Assembly: GCA_965214095.1 (NCBI GenBank)
Contig: OZ243938.1
Coordinates: 1,472,001-1,536,000 of the forward strand
DNA: 64,000 nucleotides
Reading direction: 5' to 3'
DNA from: Candidatus Poribacteria bacterium
Lineage (GTDB): Bacteria > Poribacteria > WGA-4E > WGA-3G
The stretch's first letter is position 1; each line of letters begins with the position of its first letter. The notes beneath the pieces were generated by a model. It worked only from the letters and a program-made list of their open reading frames with translations, searched no databases and was not told the origin of the DNA. A program made the translations under genes and the position numbers. Below, one piece after another: positions 19,227 through 29,787 of this stretch.

Positions 19227-20069
19227 TTAGAAGGATGTAAACAACAGCTCTATTGCTTCGGTTCTCTCAGTCTTACTGAACGTTGAAAGTCTTTGGAATT
19301 CCTCATCGGTCAGTTCTTTAAAGAGACGATCGATTTTGGAGTACAATTCGGTGGTTCCCTCTGTCATGCCAGTATCTGCAGGAGAATCAAGGTCAACCGT
19401 ATACTCTTTACCATACATATCAATAATGTGAACCACACCGTGCTTTCCACCTTCTGGAAAATGAAACGATCCATCTGCCTCCATGACCCATTGGTCAGCT
19501 CCTATTATCCCAGAAGTTTGGATTCCAAAGGCATGAGCTGGTAGTTTCGGATTTGGACCTAGAGGTATATCTGCAATCTTTTCAATGTATGTCTCAACAC
19601 TGTTTTTTACCAGTCTTTTATTGAGTGATTCAAGATGCTGGATCATCAGTTTCCTACTATCTGCTGGCATATCCACTAATTTGGTTTTTGCAATCAGTGC
19701 CAGGAGTCCGAAGTGTCGTTGATAAGGTTTGACATCTGTATCAGCAGGGAATGATTCCTGTCCCATTAAGTACATTTCAGGGTTGTTACGATATAAAGTC
19801 ATTGTATGTGCTTCTAACGCCAATTGTTCACGCTGCGGCAGTCTATATTTTTTCGCAACATCAGGTGAGACGTTCATAAGTGATTCAGCAAGTTCTGAAT
19901 ATTCTTTTTGCTGCGCTGGTGTGAGTTTTCCTGAATAGGTATATATTGGCGCAAATACTTCACGTGTTTTGGCAAAGTTCTTTTGACGTTGGGTGTGAAC
20001 ATAAAACACGCCAATGCCTATTATAATTACAGCCGAAAGTATTGTATAGTATAACCTTTTTTTATTCAT
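19227..20069 (-). CDS. Hypothetical membrane-anchored protein
   Basis: N-terminal KKR followed by a TM helix; no recognisable family. Confidence 0.6.
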   Translation of the reverse strand: MNKKRLYYTILSAVIIIGIGVFYVHTQRQKNFAKTREVFAPIYTYSGKLTPAQQKEYSELAESLMNVSPDVAKKYRLPQREQLALEAHTMTLYRNNPEMYLMGQESFPADTDVKPYQRHFGLLALIAKTKLVDMPADSRKLMIQHLESLNKRLVKNSVETYIEKIADIPLGPNPKLPAHAFGIQTSGIIGADQWVMEADGSFHFPEGGKHGVVHIIDMYGKEYTVDLDSPADTGMTEGTTELYSKIDRLFKELTDEEFQRLSTFSKTERTEAIELLFTSF

Positions 20070-20158
20070 GCCGCTTCCTTCCAACAGAGATGGTGGATTT
20101 CTTATGTGTCCATGATACTCTTATTCTTGTTGTTTGTCAATGATGTTTGTAACTCTGG

Positions 20159-20830
20159 CAGGGTTATTTATAGTAAAGTTTAGAATTAAGAAGACATTTC
20201 AATGTGCTTGTTTCAAAATGAGCAGCCCCAGCGGGGCGACAGGTGTATAGAAAAATGTACCCCACAAGCGTCAATTTAGCATCCTTCCAAGTACCGGTAG
20301 GTTCGGTTTCCTAACCGAACCGTATTTGTGCCAAATACCTTTATAGAGGTTCTCGCACAGGTTCCGTGCGGTTAGGAAACCGCACCTACCGGCCTGGGGA
20401 AAACGCCTAATTTACACTAAATTGACGCCTATGGTGTATAGAAAACTGTGCCCCGACCAATGCAAGTCCCAGCGGGGCAGCATGCGCGTGTGGCATGCTG
20501 CATGAGGTGTATCATTGAAGAAATAGATATGATGACTGTGATACTCCTTGTCCAGAGCACTGTTCAAGTCCTCAAAAAACTGTCCAAACTATAGTAAAGT
20601 TAAGAGGCTGGATCGAACTCGTCACTGGATTTATTGATTCTTGTCTGAACCAGGATTTACAGGATTTACAGATCAACGGTATGAATGCGCGTGTGGCATT
20701 CCCCGGGATAAGCGTCTGAAACATCAAAGTGCCATCCAGAGAATAAACGCCAAATTGGGGATAAGAACTTTGCAGAGCCAAACTCATAATCCTGAAAATC
20801 TAAAAATCCTGAAAATCCTGGTTCAGACAA
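20159..20830. repeat. Gene-free cluster of several repeat families (inverted REP pair 20297-20389, CCCCAGCGGGGC hairpins, CTATAGTTTGGACA arm, 190-bp TTGTCTGAACCAGGATTT element 20641-20830)
   Basis: Each motif recurs elsewhere in the window; 20641-20830 has 18-bp perfect terminal inverted repeats. Confidence 0.85.
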
Positions 20831-20857
20831 ATAGGACTAAAAACATCTTAATTTCTC

Positions 20858-20886
20858 TTGCCATTGTTCCTAAATTTGATTATACT
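20858..20886 (+). promoter_or_regulatory. Putative sigma70 promoter, probably the native radC promoter
   Basis: TTGCCA-17 bp-TATACT pointing toward radC across the IS. Confidence 0.6.
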
Positions 20887-20914
20887 ATAACCTAACTTAT
20901 ACATTCATATTTAA

Positions 20915-21918
20915 TTGAACTCATAGCGAGTAACATCTAAGCATCGTTGAAAGTTGCTCGAAAATTTATCATTGAATATGCTAAATTACGAAAACCTAAA
21001 CGTGTTTCTTTGAGTTTATCATAACTTAGAACGAGTCTTCGGTAAGTATCTTGCCACCCGAAAGTTCGCTCTACTTTATACCGGTCTTTGTATATATCTT
21101 TTCTAAACCACCGGAACTTGCGAGCGATAGCGATAGGTTCTTTAGTGTTTCGTTTGTTAGGGTAGATCACTGGGATCAGTCCTTGTTCTTTAATAATCTT
21201 ATGATTCACCTTGGAATCAAAACCAGAATCCAGCGTTAGCGCGGAACCATCAAGTGCCATGCCAATCCGATTGCTGAAGGAGATGAGTTCGGTCAATGCC
21301 TCGGGCAAAATCGTTGTATCATGTTGGTTCACTGGTTTGAGGGTTATTGGACCAATGATAAAACCTTTATTGTCGGTGATAGCCACCTCTTTTTCACCTT
21401 TTTGATGTTTATGACCTGAATACCCTATGGTGTCACCCCTTTTTTTACAACAGTGTTTGAACCATCACCATGTAAACAAGAGGTGTCAAGTTGATCACTA
21501 TCATGAAGATGTATGACAGATGCTTCAAAAAGTTTCTCATAAGAACCATCTTTTGACCAACGATTATGCCATTTATAGACGTTAGACCAATGGAGTTCAT
21601 TACGCCGTGTGCGGAGTTGATCCCATTGAATACCGGTATGTAAAACATAGAGGATATAGTTGAATATCTTATAGAAAGACAGTTTCGGTTTGGGACCTTT
21701 TATGCGTTTCTTTAGATGAGGTTTGATATAACGATTAAAATCCTTACGTGAAACCTGCTTCGGAATACCATTGTATCTGAGGGGCTCTTGAACCTTGTCT
21801 GCCATAACAACACCTTTCAATAAGTTATAGATATATGAAGTGAAAGAATAGGACATAAATAAACTCTTGTGTTTCCCTATTATATAGCATTATTATGTTT
21901 TACTCAATATGAGTTCAT
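20915..21918 (-). mobile_element. IS5-family insertion sequence (~1.0 kb)
   Basis: Imperfect IRs TGAACTCATAGCGAGTAA / TTACTCAATATGAGTTCA; flanked by TTAA at 20911-20914 and 21919-21922; encodes a split transposase. Confidence 0.85.
20937..21805 (-). CDS. IS5-family DDE transposase in two ORFs joined by a -1 frameshift
   Basis: OrfA 'ILYVLHTGIQW..W..VYKWHNRWSKDG..LHGDGS'; A7G4 slippery run at 21446-21436; -1 frame reads KKGGDTIGYSGHKHQKGEKEVAITD..LDSGFD..RYKVERTFGW. Confidence 0.88.
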
Positions 21919-21932
21919 TTAAAAGGAATGAG

Positions 21933-22682
21933 ATGTACTCTGTTGACAAATTAAAATTAAAAGATTTACCTAAAGATGAACGTCCCAGAGAACGACTTTA
22001 CAAACACGGTCCATCACAACTAAAAACTTCAGAACTGATCGCACTCATTCTCAAAAGCGGCTACAAAGGCACAACTGCTATTGAACTCGGTGAACGAATA
22101 CTTGCAGAGTATAATAGTGATCTAAAACGGATGGCTGAAAACCGTCCTAAACAATTTGAATCCATCAAAGGCATTGGTGCTGCCAAAGCGGCACAACTTG
22201 CCGCTGCTTTTGAATTGGGAAGACGTTTAGCGCGTTCACATGCTGAACGAGTGAAGATTTCCTCGCCGAGCGATGTTGCCGACCTATTGATGCCACTGAT
22301 GCGAGATCTCAGAAAAGAAGTTGTCTGTGTGATGTGCCTTGACACGAAAGGTGGTATCACCACGCAGGGAATTGCTGGTGACTCCGATAACGAAATTCAG
22401 TGGGGCAAAAGACTACTGTCTGAAGAAAATGTATTTCAGGGAACTTTAAACTCAAGCGTATTTCATCCCAGAGAGATTTTCCGCTTTGCCATTGAGGAAT
22501 CCGCAAACTCCATAGTCTTAGCACATAACCACCCTTCTGGTGACCCACAACCGAGCCAAGAAGATATTCGTGCTACCAAACAACTGATCGAAGCTGGCGA
22601 TTATGTTGGCATCAAAGTGTTAGATCACATCATTATCGGTGATGGTATATTTTACAGCTTGAAAGAGGAAGGTGTTATATAG
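21933..22682 (+). CDS. radC: RadC/JAB-domain protein
   Basis: LKDLPKDERPRERL, HhH IKGIGAAKA, HPREIF, AHNHPSGDPQPSQED, LDHIIIG; ATG 21933 follows AAGGA (ATG 21909 lies inside the IS end). Confidence 0.93.
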   Translation: MYSVDKLKLKDLPKDERPRERLYKHGPSQLKTSELIALILKSGYKGTTAIELGERILAEYNSDLKRMAENRPKQFESIKGIGAAKAAQLAAAFELGRRLARSHAERVKISSPSDVADLLMPLMRDLRKEVVCVMCLDTKGGITTQGIAGDSDNEIQWGKRLLSEENVFQGTLNSSVFHPREIFRFAIEESANSIVLAHNHPSGDPQPSQEDIRATKQLIEAGDYVGIKVLDHIIIGDGIFYSLKEEGVI

Positions 22683-23412
22683 CAGAACGTTGTCTGAGAA
22701 CTTCATACAACAGAACTCCAGTTGTGACAGATACATTCAACGTTTGTATTTTACCTAACATCGGGAGATGTACGAGGTAGTCACATTTTTGTTTGACAAG
22801 TCTTCGTATACCATCACCCTCATTACCCAAGACGATACACAACGGCACAGTGAAGTCAGCCGAAGTATAGGACATTTCAGCATCCTCATCTGTGCCAACT
22901 ATCCATATACCGTTCCCCTTTAGTTTCTCAATGGTTTGTGCGAGATTTGTCACCTTTGAAATTGGGGTGTACTCTGTGCTGCCTGCTGCTGCTTTGTGAA
23001 CGGAAGCAGTAATATCAACGGAGTTGTTTTTGGGAATTAGCACACCATCTGCATCGGTCGCGTTAGCAGTTCGAATGATCGCGCCTAAATTTCTCGGATC
23101 ATGTATCTGGTCTAACATGATTAGAACCGCAGGGGTATTCTCTTTCTTCCGAACATTCTCAAGAAGTGTTGGTAACGCTGTGTACCGGAACCCACTGATG
23201 TGTGCTATGACACCTTGATGGTTTGGGTGAAGTTTGTCAAGATAATGTCTTGGATGCCGTTGATACGGAATATCTTTCCGAGCCGCAGCATCAATTATCT
23301 GACGAAGACGAGGATGTTCATTGTCTTTAACGATTAGTATCGTTTCTACCTGCCTTGCACCGCTTCGGAGTGCTTCCATAACCGGATTTCTACCTACAAT
23401 CATATCTGGCAT
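22675..23412 (-). CDS. rlmB: 23S rRNA (Gm2251) 2'-O-methyltransferase, TrmH/SpoU family
   Basis: GRNPVMEAL, HQGV, LDQIHDPRNLGAIIRT, LGNEGDG, LNVSV. Confidence 0.9.
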   Translation of the reverse strand: MPDMIVGRNPVMEALRSGARQVETILIVKDNEHPRLRQIIDAAARKDIPYQRHPRHYLDKLHPNHQGVIAHISGFRYTALPTLLENVRKKENTPAVLIMLDQIHDPRNLGAIIRTANATDADGVLIPKNNSVDITASVHKAAAGSTEYTPISKVTNLAQTIEKLKGNGIWIVGTDEDAEMSYTSADFTVPLCIVLGNEGDGIRRLVKQKCDYLVHLPMLGKIQTLNVSVTTGVLLYEVLRQRSAI

Positions 23413-23437
23413 AGAGGCATGTCTCCCGCACTACATT

Positions 23438-23575
23438 TATAGTAAAAACCATAATTATTTACACACGATGGTAGGTTCGGTTTCCTAACCGAACCGGTGT
23501 TTGTTCAGTCTCATTGATGCGGTTAGGAAACCGCATCTACCGGGGAGTGTGCACGTGTTTTTACATTTCACTATA
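23438..23575. repeat. 138-bp MITE-like element M2 containing an inverted REP pair (copy 1 of 3)
   Basis: TATAGT..ACTATA ends; GTAGGTTCGGTTTCCTAACCGAACC plus inverted GTAGATGCGGTTTCCTAACCGCATC; homologous to 35739-35915 and 50775-50912. Confidence 0.9.
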
Positions 23576-23598
23576 AAGTGTGTTTGGTTTATAAGAAA

Positions 23599-23838
23599 CT
23601 AATCTCCACGGACGAATTTGACATCGGGTCCGCGCGGTGTAATCTTTATATCAGGATCGTCAATTTGACACTGAACACAAGTAATATCTCCAACATTTGC
23701 ATTTTCCATGCGTGGGGCAAGTTTTCCTAATTTGAATGCGAACTTCATCATTTCATCTGCTGGAATTTCACCTGCACAGTTACTGCACGGAATCGCTTCA
23801 CCTGCTTTAAGTTTCTCTAAGAGTTCTGATGCTTTCAT
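23599..23838 (-). CDS. Small putative zinc-binding protein (2x CxxC)
   Basis: CSNC..CVQC; RBS AGGAG before ATG 23838. Confidence 0.6.
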   Translation of the reverse strand: MKASELLEKLKAGEAIPCSNCAGEIPADEMMKFAFKLGKLAPRMENANVGDITCVQCQIDDPDIKITPRGPDVKFVRGD

Positions 23839-23912
23839 AATTATCGTTTCTCCTATACAAAACATGCTTGTTGATCAAATGAGTCTATATGTAAGAATCT
23901 GGAGACTCCACG

Positions 23913-25781
23913 CTATCCAAGGAAATACCGCTCTTTCTGCTTCGCTTTTTGATACTCTTGGAATGCCTGTTTTGCACTCTCTACTTCTGACACCTCCGCA
24001 ACGGGAACATCCCACCACGATTCATATTGCGGCACCCTTGTGTCATAATCCACATCTATTTTGACAACGGTTGTGCGATCAGCATCACGAGCATCTTGCA
24101 AGGCATTCTTTAATTCCTGTGGAGTTGCAACCTCAATGACATTAGCACCGAGACTTTCTGCATTCGCCGCAAGGTCAACCGGTAATATATCACCTTTAAG
24201 TTCTCCTGTGTTATCATCACGATATCGGAATCGAGTTGCAAACCCTTGTGCACCCGTTGCCTCCGACAAACCTCCGATGCTGCTGTGTCCATCGTTATTT
24301 ATCAGCACAATAATCAATTTATAGTCTTCCTGAATTGAGGTGATAATCTCCTGTGCCAACATCAGATATGAACCGTCTCCGACAAGGACATAGACATCAC
24401 GCGTTGGATCCGCCATTTTGATACCTAAGCCACCAGCGATTTCATACCCCATGCAGGAGTAACCGTACTCAAGATGGAATTGCTTTGGATTACGTGTCCG
24501 CCATAGTTTGTGGAGATCCCCTGGTAGACTTCCCGCTGCACAGACAACGACATCTTCTGGTCGCGAAAATGCGTTAACAACACCGATGACTTCACTCTGA
24601 CTTGGTAATGGTCGGTTATCCAGATGAAACAACCTTTCTACTTCTTCATGCCAAGCATCTCGGTAGTTTTCAATTTGTGCCGCATAGTCACTATTTATAC
24701 GATATGTTCCAACAGCATTAGATAGTTCAGTAAGTGTGACACGAGCATCTGCGACTAACGGTAAAGCTGCATGTTTCGCTGCATCAAAATCAGCAATGTT
24801 GATGTTGATAAACCGAACATTCGGATTTTGAAAGGCTGTTTTTGATGCCGTAGTGAAGTCACTCAGACGGGTTCCAATAGCGATGACCAAATCTGCATCA
24901 CGGGCAGCGATATTGGCACCCGGTGTGCCAGTCGCACCAACAGCACCCAAGTTTTGCGGATGGTCATACCGAAGCGAACCTTTTCCAGCAAATGTTTCAC
25001 CGACTGGAATGCCGATTTGTTCCACGAATTCTGCTAACTGTTCTGTTGCCTCACTGTAGATGACTCCACCACCAGCAATAATCAAAGGTTTTTCACTCTT
25101 TGATATCCATGCAACTGCTTGTTTGAACAGCCCCTCATCTGCACGCGGTCTTGGAATAGAATAAACCCGTTTTTCAAATAGTCGTTCAGGATAGTCGAAT
25201 GCTTCCGCTTGAACATCTTGGGGTAAGGCTAAAGTCACAGTCCCTGTTTCCGCTTGTGATGTGAGAACACGCATCGCCTCCGGTAAGGCAGTGATAATTT
25301 GTTCAGGACGATTGATACGATCCCAATAGCGAGAAACTGGTTTGAAACAATCGTTGACAGAGAAGTCTTGTGAATTCGGAGATTCTAACTGCTGCAGCAC
25401 AGGCGCGACTAAACGCGTTGAGAAAATATCACCCGGCAATAACAGAATGGGAAGTCGATTTATTGTTGCACCCGCAGCCCCAGTAAGCATATTCGTTGCC
25501 CCCGGTCCGATAGATGATGTACAAGCAAATGTACTGAGACGATTACTCATTTTTGCGTAAGCGGCAGCAGTATGTACCATAGATTGTTCGTTACGTGTTT
25601 GATAAAAACGAAACTCATCCGAATATTGATGCAATGCTTGACCGATACCTGCTACATTCCCATGTCCGAATATCCCAAACATGCCTGCGAAAAATGCTCG
25701 CTCATTTCCATCACGTTCAACATATTGTTGAGTAAGAAATTGAACTACCGCTTGCCCCATTGTTTGTTTACGCGTTTTCAT
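23913..25781 (-). CDS. iolD: 3D-(3,5/4)-trihydroxycyclohexane-1,2-dione acylhydrolase
   Basis: GIFGHGNVAGIG, RNEQSM, TSSIGPGATN, EYGYSCMGYEIAG, ThDP motif GDGSYLM, WWDVPV. Confidence 0.95.
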   Translation of the reverse strand: MKTRKQTMGQAVVQFLTQQYVERDGNERAFFAGMFGIFGHGNVAGIGQALHQYSDEFRFYQTRNEQSMVHTAAAYAKMSNRLSTFACTSSIGPGATNMLTGAAGATINRLPILLLPGDIFSTRLVAPVLQQLESPNSQDFSVNDCFKPVSRYWDRINRPEQIITALPEAMRVLTSQAETGTVTLALPQDVQAEAFDYPERLFEKRVYSIPRPRADEGLFKQAVAWISKSEKPLIIAGGGVIYSEATEQLAEFVEQIGIPVGETFAGKGSLRYDHPQNLGAVGATGTPGANIAARDADLVIAIGTRLSDFTTASKTAFQNPNVRFININIADFDAAKHAALPLVADARVTLTELSNAVGTYRINSDYAAQIENYRDAWHEEVERLFHLDNRPLPSQSEVIGVVNAFSRPEDVVVCAAGSLPGDLHKLWRTRNPKQFHLEYGYSCMGYEIAGGLGIKMADPTRDVYVLVGDGSYLMLAQEIITSIQEDYKLIIVLINNDGHSSIGGLSEATGAQGFATRFRYRDDNTGELKGDILPVDLAANAESLGANVIEVATPQELKNALQDARDADRTTVVKIDVDYDTRVPQYESWWDVPVAEVSEVESAKQAFQEYQKAKQKERYFLG

Positions 25782-25812
25782 AGTATTCTACCTCTAAGTT
25801 GCTCAGTTATAA

Positions 25813-26823
25813 TTATAATCCACCCTTTTGTTCCACAAAGTCGTTAACTTCAGGCATTGTAGGCATAAAGTTTGCACAACCGTGTCGCGTGACAACAATC
25901 GCACCCGTTGCATTACCAAGTCTTGCTGATTTTTGCCAGTCCCACCCGTTTAAGATTCCGTAGATGAAACCGCTGGCAAAGGCATCACCTGCACCAAGTG
26001 TATTGTAGATTTCAACTGGAAAGGGTGGCGCGTGAATAACTTTTCCATCCTTCAAATGAATGTCAGCACCATCGCTACCACGTTTTACGACTAATGCCTT
26101 TGGTCCGGCATTTAGAATGTTTGCGATTGCAGCGTTCATATCTCCTTCAATATTTGGATTTGAGATCTGAGAATCCTCAACTGAAACTTGCGAGACTTCT
26201 GTAAGTGATGCAGCCTTAATCTCCTCTTCTGTTCCGATTGCGATGTCAATGTTACGCAATGCTAATCTTATATTTATGCCATAAGCGCGCGGATCATGCC
26301 ACTGGTCAGCACGAAAATCCAAATCCAAGAACACTTGCCGTTCCATACATTTCGCTTGTTCTGCTGCAAACAGTGTTGCACTCCGACTCGGTTCTTTGCT
26401 GAGACCTGTGCCTGAAATCAACACAGCACGACTATCTACTATTGGAGATGCAATCACATCATCAATTGTCAATTCAATATCTGCACAATTGTCACGATAA
26501 TAGATGAGGGGGAATTTATCAGGTGGTTCAATTCCGAGAACGACAGCACTCGTACGATAACCAGGTTTCTTGATAATAAACCGTGTTTCAACTTTCTCGT
26601 CGTTCAAAAACTTTAATAGGAATTCACCTACTGGATCATCCCCTATCGCAGTCAGAAGGATTGATCGTAATCCAAGCCGTCGTGTCCCCACACTGATATT
26701 GGTAGGACACCCACCAACGAATGCTCCAAAACTCGTAATTTCTGGAAACGGAGTTCCGACATCGTTAGAATATAGGTCTATTGAACTTCTTCCGATGGCA
26801 AGAATATCATACTTTTGTTCCAT
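25813..26823 (-). CDS. iolC: 5-dehydro-2-deoxygluconokinase (PfkB family)
   Basis: IGRSSIDLY, GGCPTN, YYRDNCAD, DLDFRADQW, GAGDAF; adjacent to iolD. Confidence 0.92.
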   Translation of the reverse strand: MEQKYDILAIGRSSIDLYSNDVGTPFPEITSFGAFVGGCPTNISVGTRRLGLRSILLTAIGDDPVGEFLLKFLNDEKVETRFIIKKPGYRTSAVVLGIEPPDKFPLIYYRDNCADIELTIDDVIASPIVDSRAVLISGTGLSKEPSRSATLFAAEQAKCMERQVFLDLDFRADQWHDPRAYGINIRLALRNIDIAIGTEEEIKAASLTEVSQVSVEDSQISNPNIEGDMNAAIANILNAGPKALVVKRGSDGADIHLKDGKVIHAPPFPVEIYNTLGAGDAFASGFIYGILNGWDWQKSARLGNATGAIVVTRHGCANFMPTMPEVNDFVEQKGGL

Positions 26824-26890
26824 TCACTACCCAATTAAGTTAAACCTTAGGTTCAGCTAATACCCTTAACCGGGTATTTCACACAAGCAC

Positions 26891-28882
26891 TCATCCTACA
26901 TTCTCTTTCTGAATTTGATTGACTAATTTTTGTGCTTCCTTGACTGCCCGTGGAGGATTTTGCAATTTCTCACCGATAGAAATAATTCGGAGATAATGGT
27001 CGTAAGCAGTTTGGAGATCACCCAGGAGATGAGCACTTTCTGCTGTATTGAAATAGCAGACAGTTGCCGAAGCTTCACATTTTTCAACATCTATGTTAAG
27101 TTGAGCGTAGCGATAATTATCTGCAGCGAGAATGTAAGATTTGCCTGCCTCTGTCCAAGCGCGTTGCATTTCTAACTGACGTGCAAGATGGACATAATAC
27201 ACCGCCCCATACCGGGCATATTTCCTTGCTGTTCGGGGGGTATCAGCTGCAGCGTATGAGAATCTTGCACGCGTATAGCAATTGGCTACAAGTTCCGCTT
27301 CATTCATTTTCATGAACTTTTTGGCATATCTGTTGTAGAACGCTCCAAGCCTCTTGTATTGTCTCTGACATTGATGTTGTTTATCTTGCTGAGTATAAAT
27401 CTGTGCTTGCTGATAGATATAAGCCGCTTCTTCTTCATGTGGATATTGTATATCTTCATGAACTTTATCCAATAGAAATTCAGGTGATGCTTCTTCAATT
27501 AGAACACGGTAATCACTTGTGGAATGGATTTGGTCTATCGACGGATAGGGTTTAATAATATCTTCTTGATGTATCTCTTGGTCATACATCTCATCTGACC
27601 GTATGATTTCATCCGATTCAAATGGTTCAACGTGAATGGTCAATTCATCAATAAGTTGAGATTTATCTGCCTCTGATAACGTTGCAATCATATCAATGAT
27701 TTTTTCAATACTTGAATGATTGGAATCTGGAACAACCGCACTCATTTCCCTGAACAGAATATCGGCTTGTTCAACAAGTTCTTCATCTTGAAAATAGAAT
27801 TTATGTGCTTTATGAAGTTCCTGGAGAGTTGCGTCAATATCTCTGTTACGGGCATAATTTATTGCATCTGTGTAGTGCTGCTGAAGTCGAATCTTAAGTT
27901 TTTCACGATTCTCCTTTTCAACTTTGTTCCGTAATTCGAAGAAAAGGGTTTGGTTAATGCGCTCTGCGACATCAATTTGCAATTTAAAAGTTTTCCTAAA
28001 TCGTTCAAGTGCCCTTGCTAAGTCGGTAGCAGGTGAATCAGCACTATCAGCAATTAATGCTTCCGCTTGCTGTTCGTATTGCCAGCTGCGGATACGGTCC
28101 AGTTCATCATACATCTCAGATGCAGTTTGATAGCGTTTATCAACTTCTCTATGTAATGCTTTTAAAAAGAAATTGCGAAAAATCTCTGGACATCTGTCAA
28201 GATTTTCTATATCTCCAGAGGCTTTTTTTCTATCAATTTCATCTGCTTCACCAGTAAAAGGGAACTGTTTGGTAATTGCTTCATAAAGCACCAAACCTGT
28301 GGCATAGAGATCAGCGCGATAATCATAAGCACCATAGTTCTGTTCTGGTGCCATATACCGTCTGGTGCCGGTCATAGTGACTGCAAATTCGGTGGATTCA
28401 CCAAAAATACGGGCTATGCTGAAATCTGCTATTTTCGCGATCTTTTTTGATGTAAGTAATATATTTTGGGGTTTGATATCACGGTGCAAAATATTCTGTG
28501 CATGTGCTGCTTTTAGTCCATTGCAGATATCTATACCAATATTGAGGACATCATTTAATGTCAAATCCCCTTGTTGAACGAGTTGATGTAAGTTCTTTCC
28601 TTCAATAAATTCCATAACTATCCAAGCAAGATAGTCATCTTTGCCGGGTTCAACAGTATGGATTGAAACAATGTTTGGATGCCCGGATATATTTGACATC
28701 GCTTGCAGTTCTGTTAAGAGATAACGCATTCTGTCTGCTGGGTAAGCATCTTTGGAAAGTGCTTTGAGAGCAACTATCCGATTCGTCATTTCTTCGCGGG
28801 CACGAAAAACAGACGAAAAACTACCTGAACTCAGGTACTCAAGCAGTCTATATTTACCTAATATTTTTTCGTTAATTTTCAT
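26891..28882 (-). CDS. Hanks-type Ser/Thr protein kinase with helical/TPR-like C-terminal region
   Basis: VALK, HPNIV, HRDIKPQN, DFS (for DFG), GTRRYMAPE, DLYATG. Confidence 0.88.
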   Translation of the reverse strand: MKINEKILGKYRLLEYLSSGSFSSVFRAREEMTNRIVALKALSKDAYPADRMRYLLTELQAMSNISGHPNIVSIHTVEPGKDDYLAWIVMEFIEGKNLHQLVQQGDLTLNDVLNIGIDICNGLKAAHAQNILHRDIKPQNILLTSKKIAKIADFSIARIFGESTEFAVTMTGTRRYMAPEQNYGAYDYRADLYATGLVLYEAITKQFPFTGEADEIDRKKASGDIENLDRCPEIFRNFFLKALHREVDKRYQTASEMYDELDRIRSWQYEQQAEALIADSADSPATDLARALERFRKTFKLQIDVAERINQTLFFELRNKVEKENREKLKIRLQQHYTDAINYARNRDIDATLQELHKAHKFYFQDEELVEQADILFREMSAVVPDSNHSSIEKIIDMIATLSEADKSQLIDELTIHVEPFESDEIIRSDEMYDQEIHQEDIIKPYPSIDQIHSTSDYRVLIEEASPEFLLDKVHEDIQYPHEEEAAYIYQQAQIYTQQDKQHQCQRQYKRLGAFYNRYAKKFMKMNEAELVANCYTRARFSYAAADTPRTARKYARYGAVYYVHLARQLEMQRAWTEAGKSYILAADNYRYAQLNIDVEKCEASATVCYFNTAESAHLLGDLQTAYDHYLRIISIGEKLQNPPRAVKEAQKLVNQIQKENVG

Positions 28883-29113
28883 AGCAGAGTACGTCTAATG
28901 ATTGAAGGTGCGTTGAAACTGTCAGGGATATATCGTTCTATCTAATGAAATTAGCAAAAAATGCCTAAACTGTCAACAAAAATTGGTTGAAAAAATAAAT
29001 TAATGTAGATGAAGCACCAATTTATGCACTTTTCAGGTAATAGAGTCGACAAAATTAGCATGAATGACGTATGTTACGGATGAGACGTTTATTATAATAC
29101 TTTTGTTTATCAA

Positions 29114-29755
29114 CTACTTTGCAGATTTAACAGCGGCAACTAAGGTCTTCGCCCTTTCTGTAAGAGTCGAAAAATCTCCAGAATCTATCGTGTCTTGACT
29201 AACAAGAGCACTTCCGACGCCGAGTGCAGATGCACCTGCTTTTATGAATTCCGACGCATTTTCAGCAGTTACACCCCCTGTTGGAATAAGTGGTATTTGT
29301 GGTAAAGGTGCTTTTATATCCTTGATATAGGATGGTCCGACTCCACTTGATGGGAACACTTTTACATAATCCGCGCCTGTTTCCCAGGCACATAAAATCT
29401 CTGTGGGTGTAAATGCCCCTGGTATAACGACATTACCATAGCGATTACAGATTTCAATTATATCTGTTTTCGTAACGGGACTGACGACAAATTCTGCCCC
29501 AGCAAGCATCGCTGCACGCGCAGTCTCTGCATCCAAAACTGACCCAACACCGATCAACACAGTATCCCCTAAACGGTCTGATACATCACCAATAACTTGT
29601 AACGCATCAGGAGTTGTCATTGTTATTTCAATTACATCCACACCTCCGTTTCTTATTGCGACTGCTGTATCAAAAAGTTCCTTTGAACTATTTGCACGAA
29701 TAATCGCGACTATACCACATTCCTCAATACGTTGCATCTGTTCTAATTTTGTCAT
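29114..29755 (-). CDS. eda: KHG/KDPG aldolase
   Basis: IVAIIR, IEITMTTP, GAEFVVSP, TPTEI, VKVFP, PTGGV. Confidence 0.9.
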   Translation of the reverse strand: MTKLEQMQRIEECGIVAIIRANSSKELFDTAVAIRNGGVDVIEITMTTPDALQVIGDVSDRLGDTVLIGVGSVLDAETARAAMLAGAEFVVSPVTKTDIIEICNRYGNVVIPGAFTPTEILCAWETGADYVKVFPSSGVGPSYIKDIKAPLPQIPLIPTGGVTAENASEFIKAGASALGVGSALVSQDTIDSGDFSTLTERAKTLVAAVKSAK

Positions 29756-29787
29756 ACGCTGCCTCATTAATCTGATAGCTATCAATC

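Noticed and set aside
21909-21932. Longer radC start given by the ORF track
   Set aside because: That ATG lies within the IS inverted repeat; ATG 21933 follows the RBS-like AAGGA
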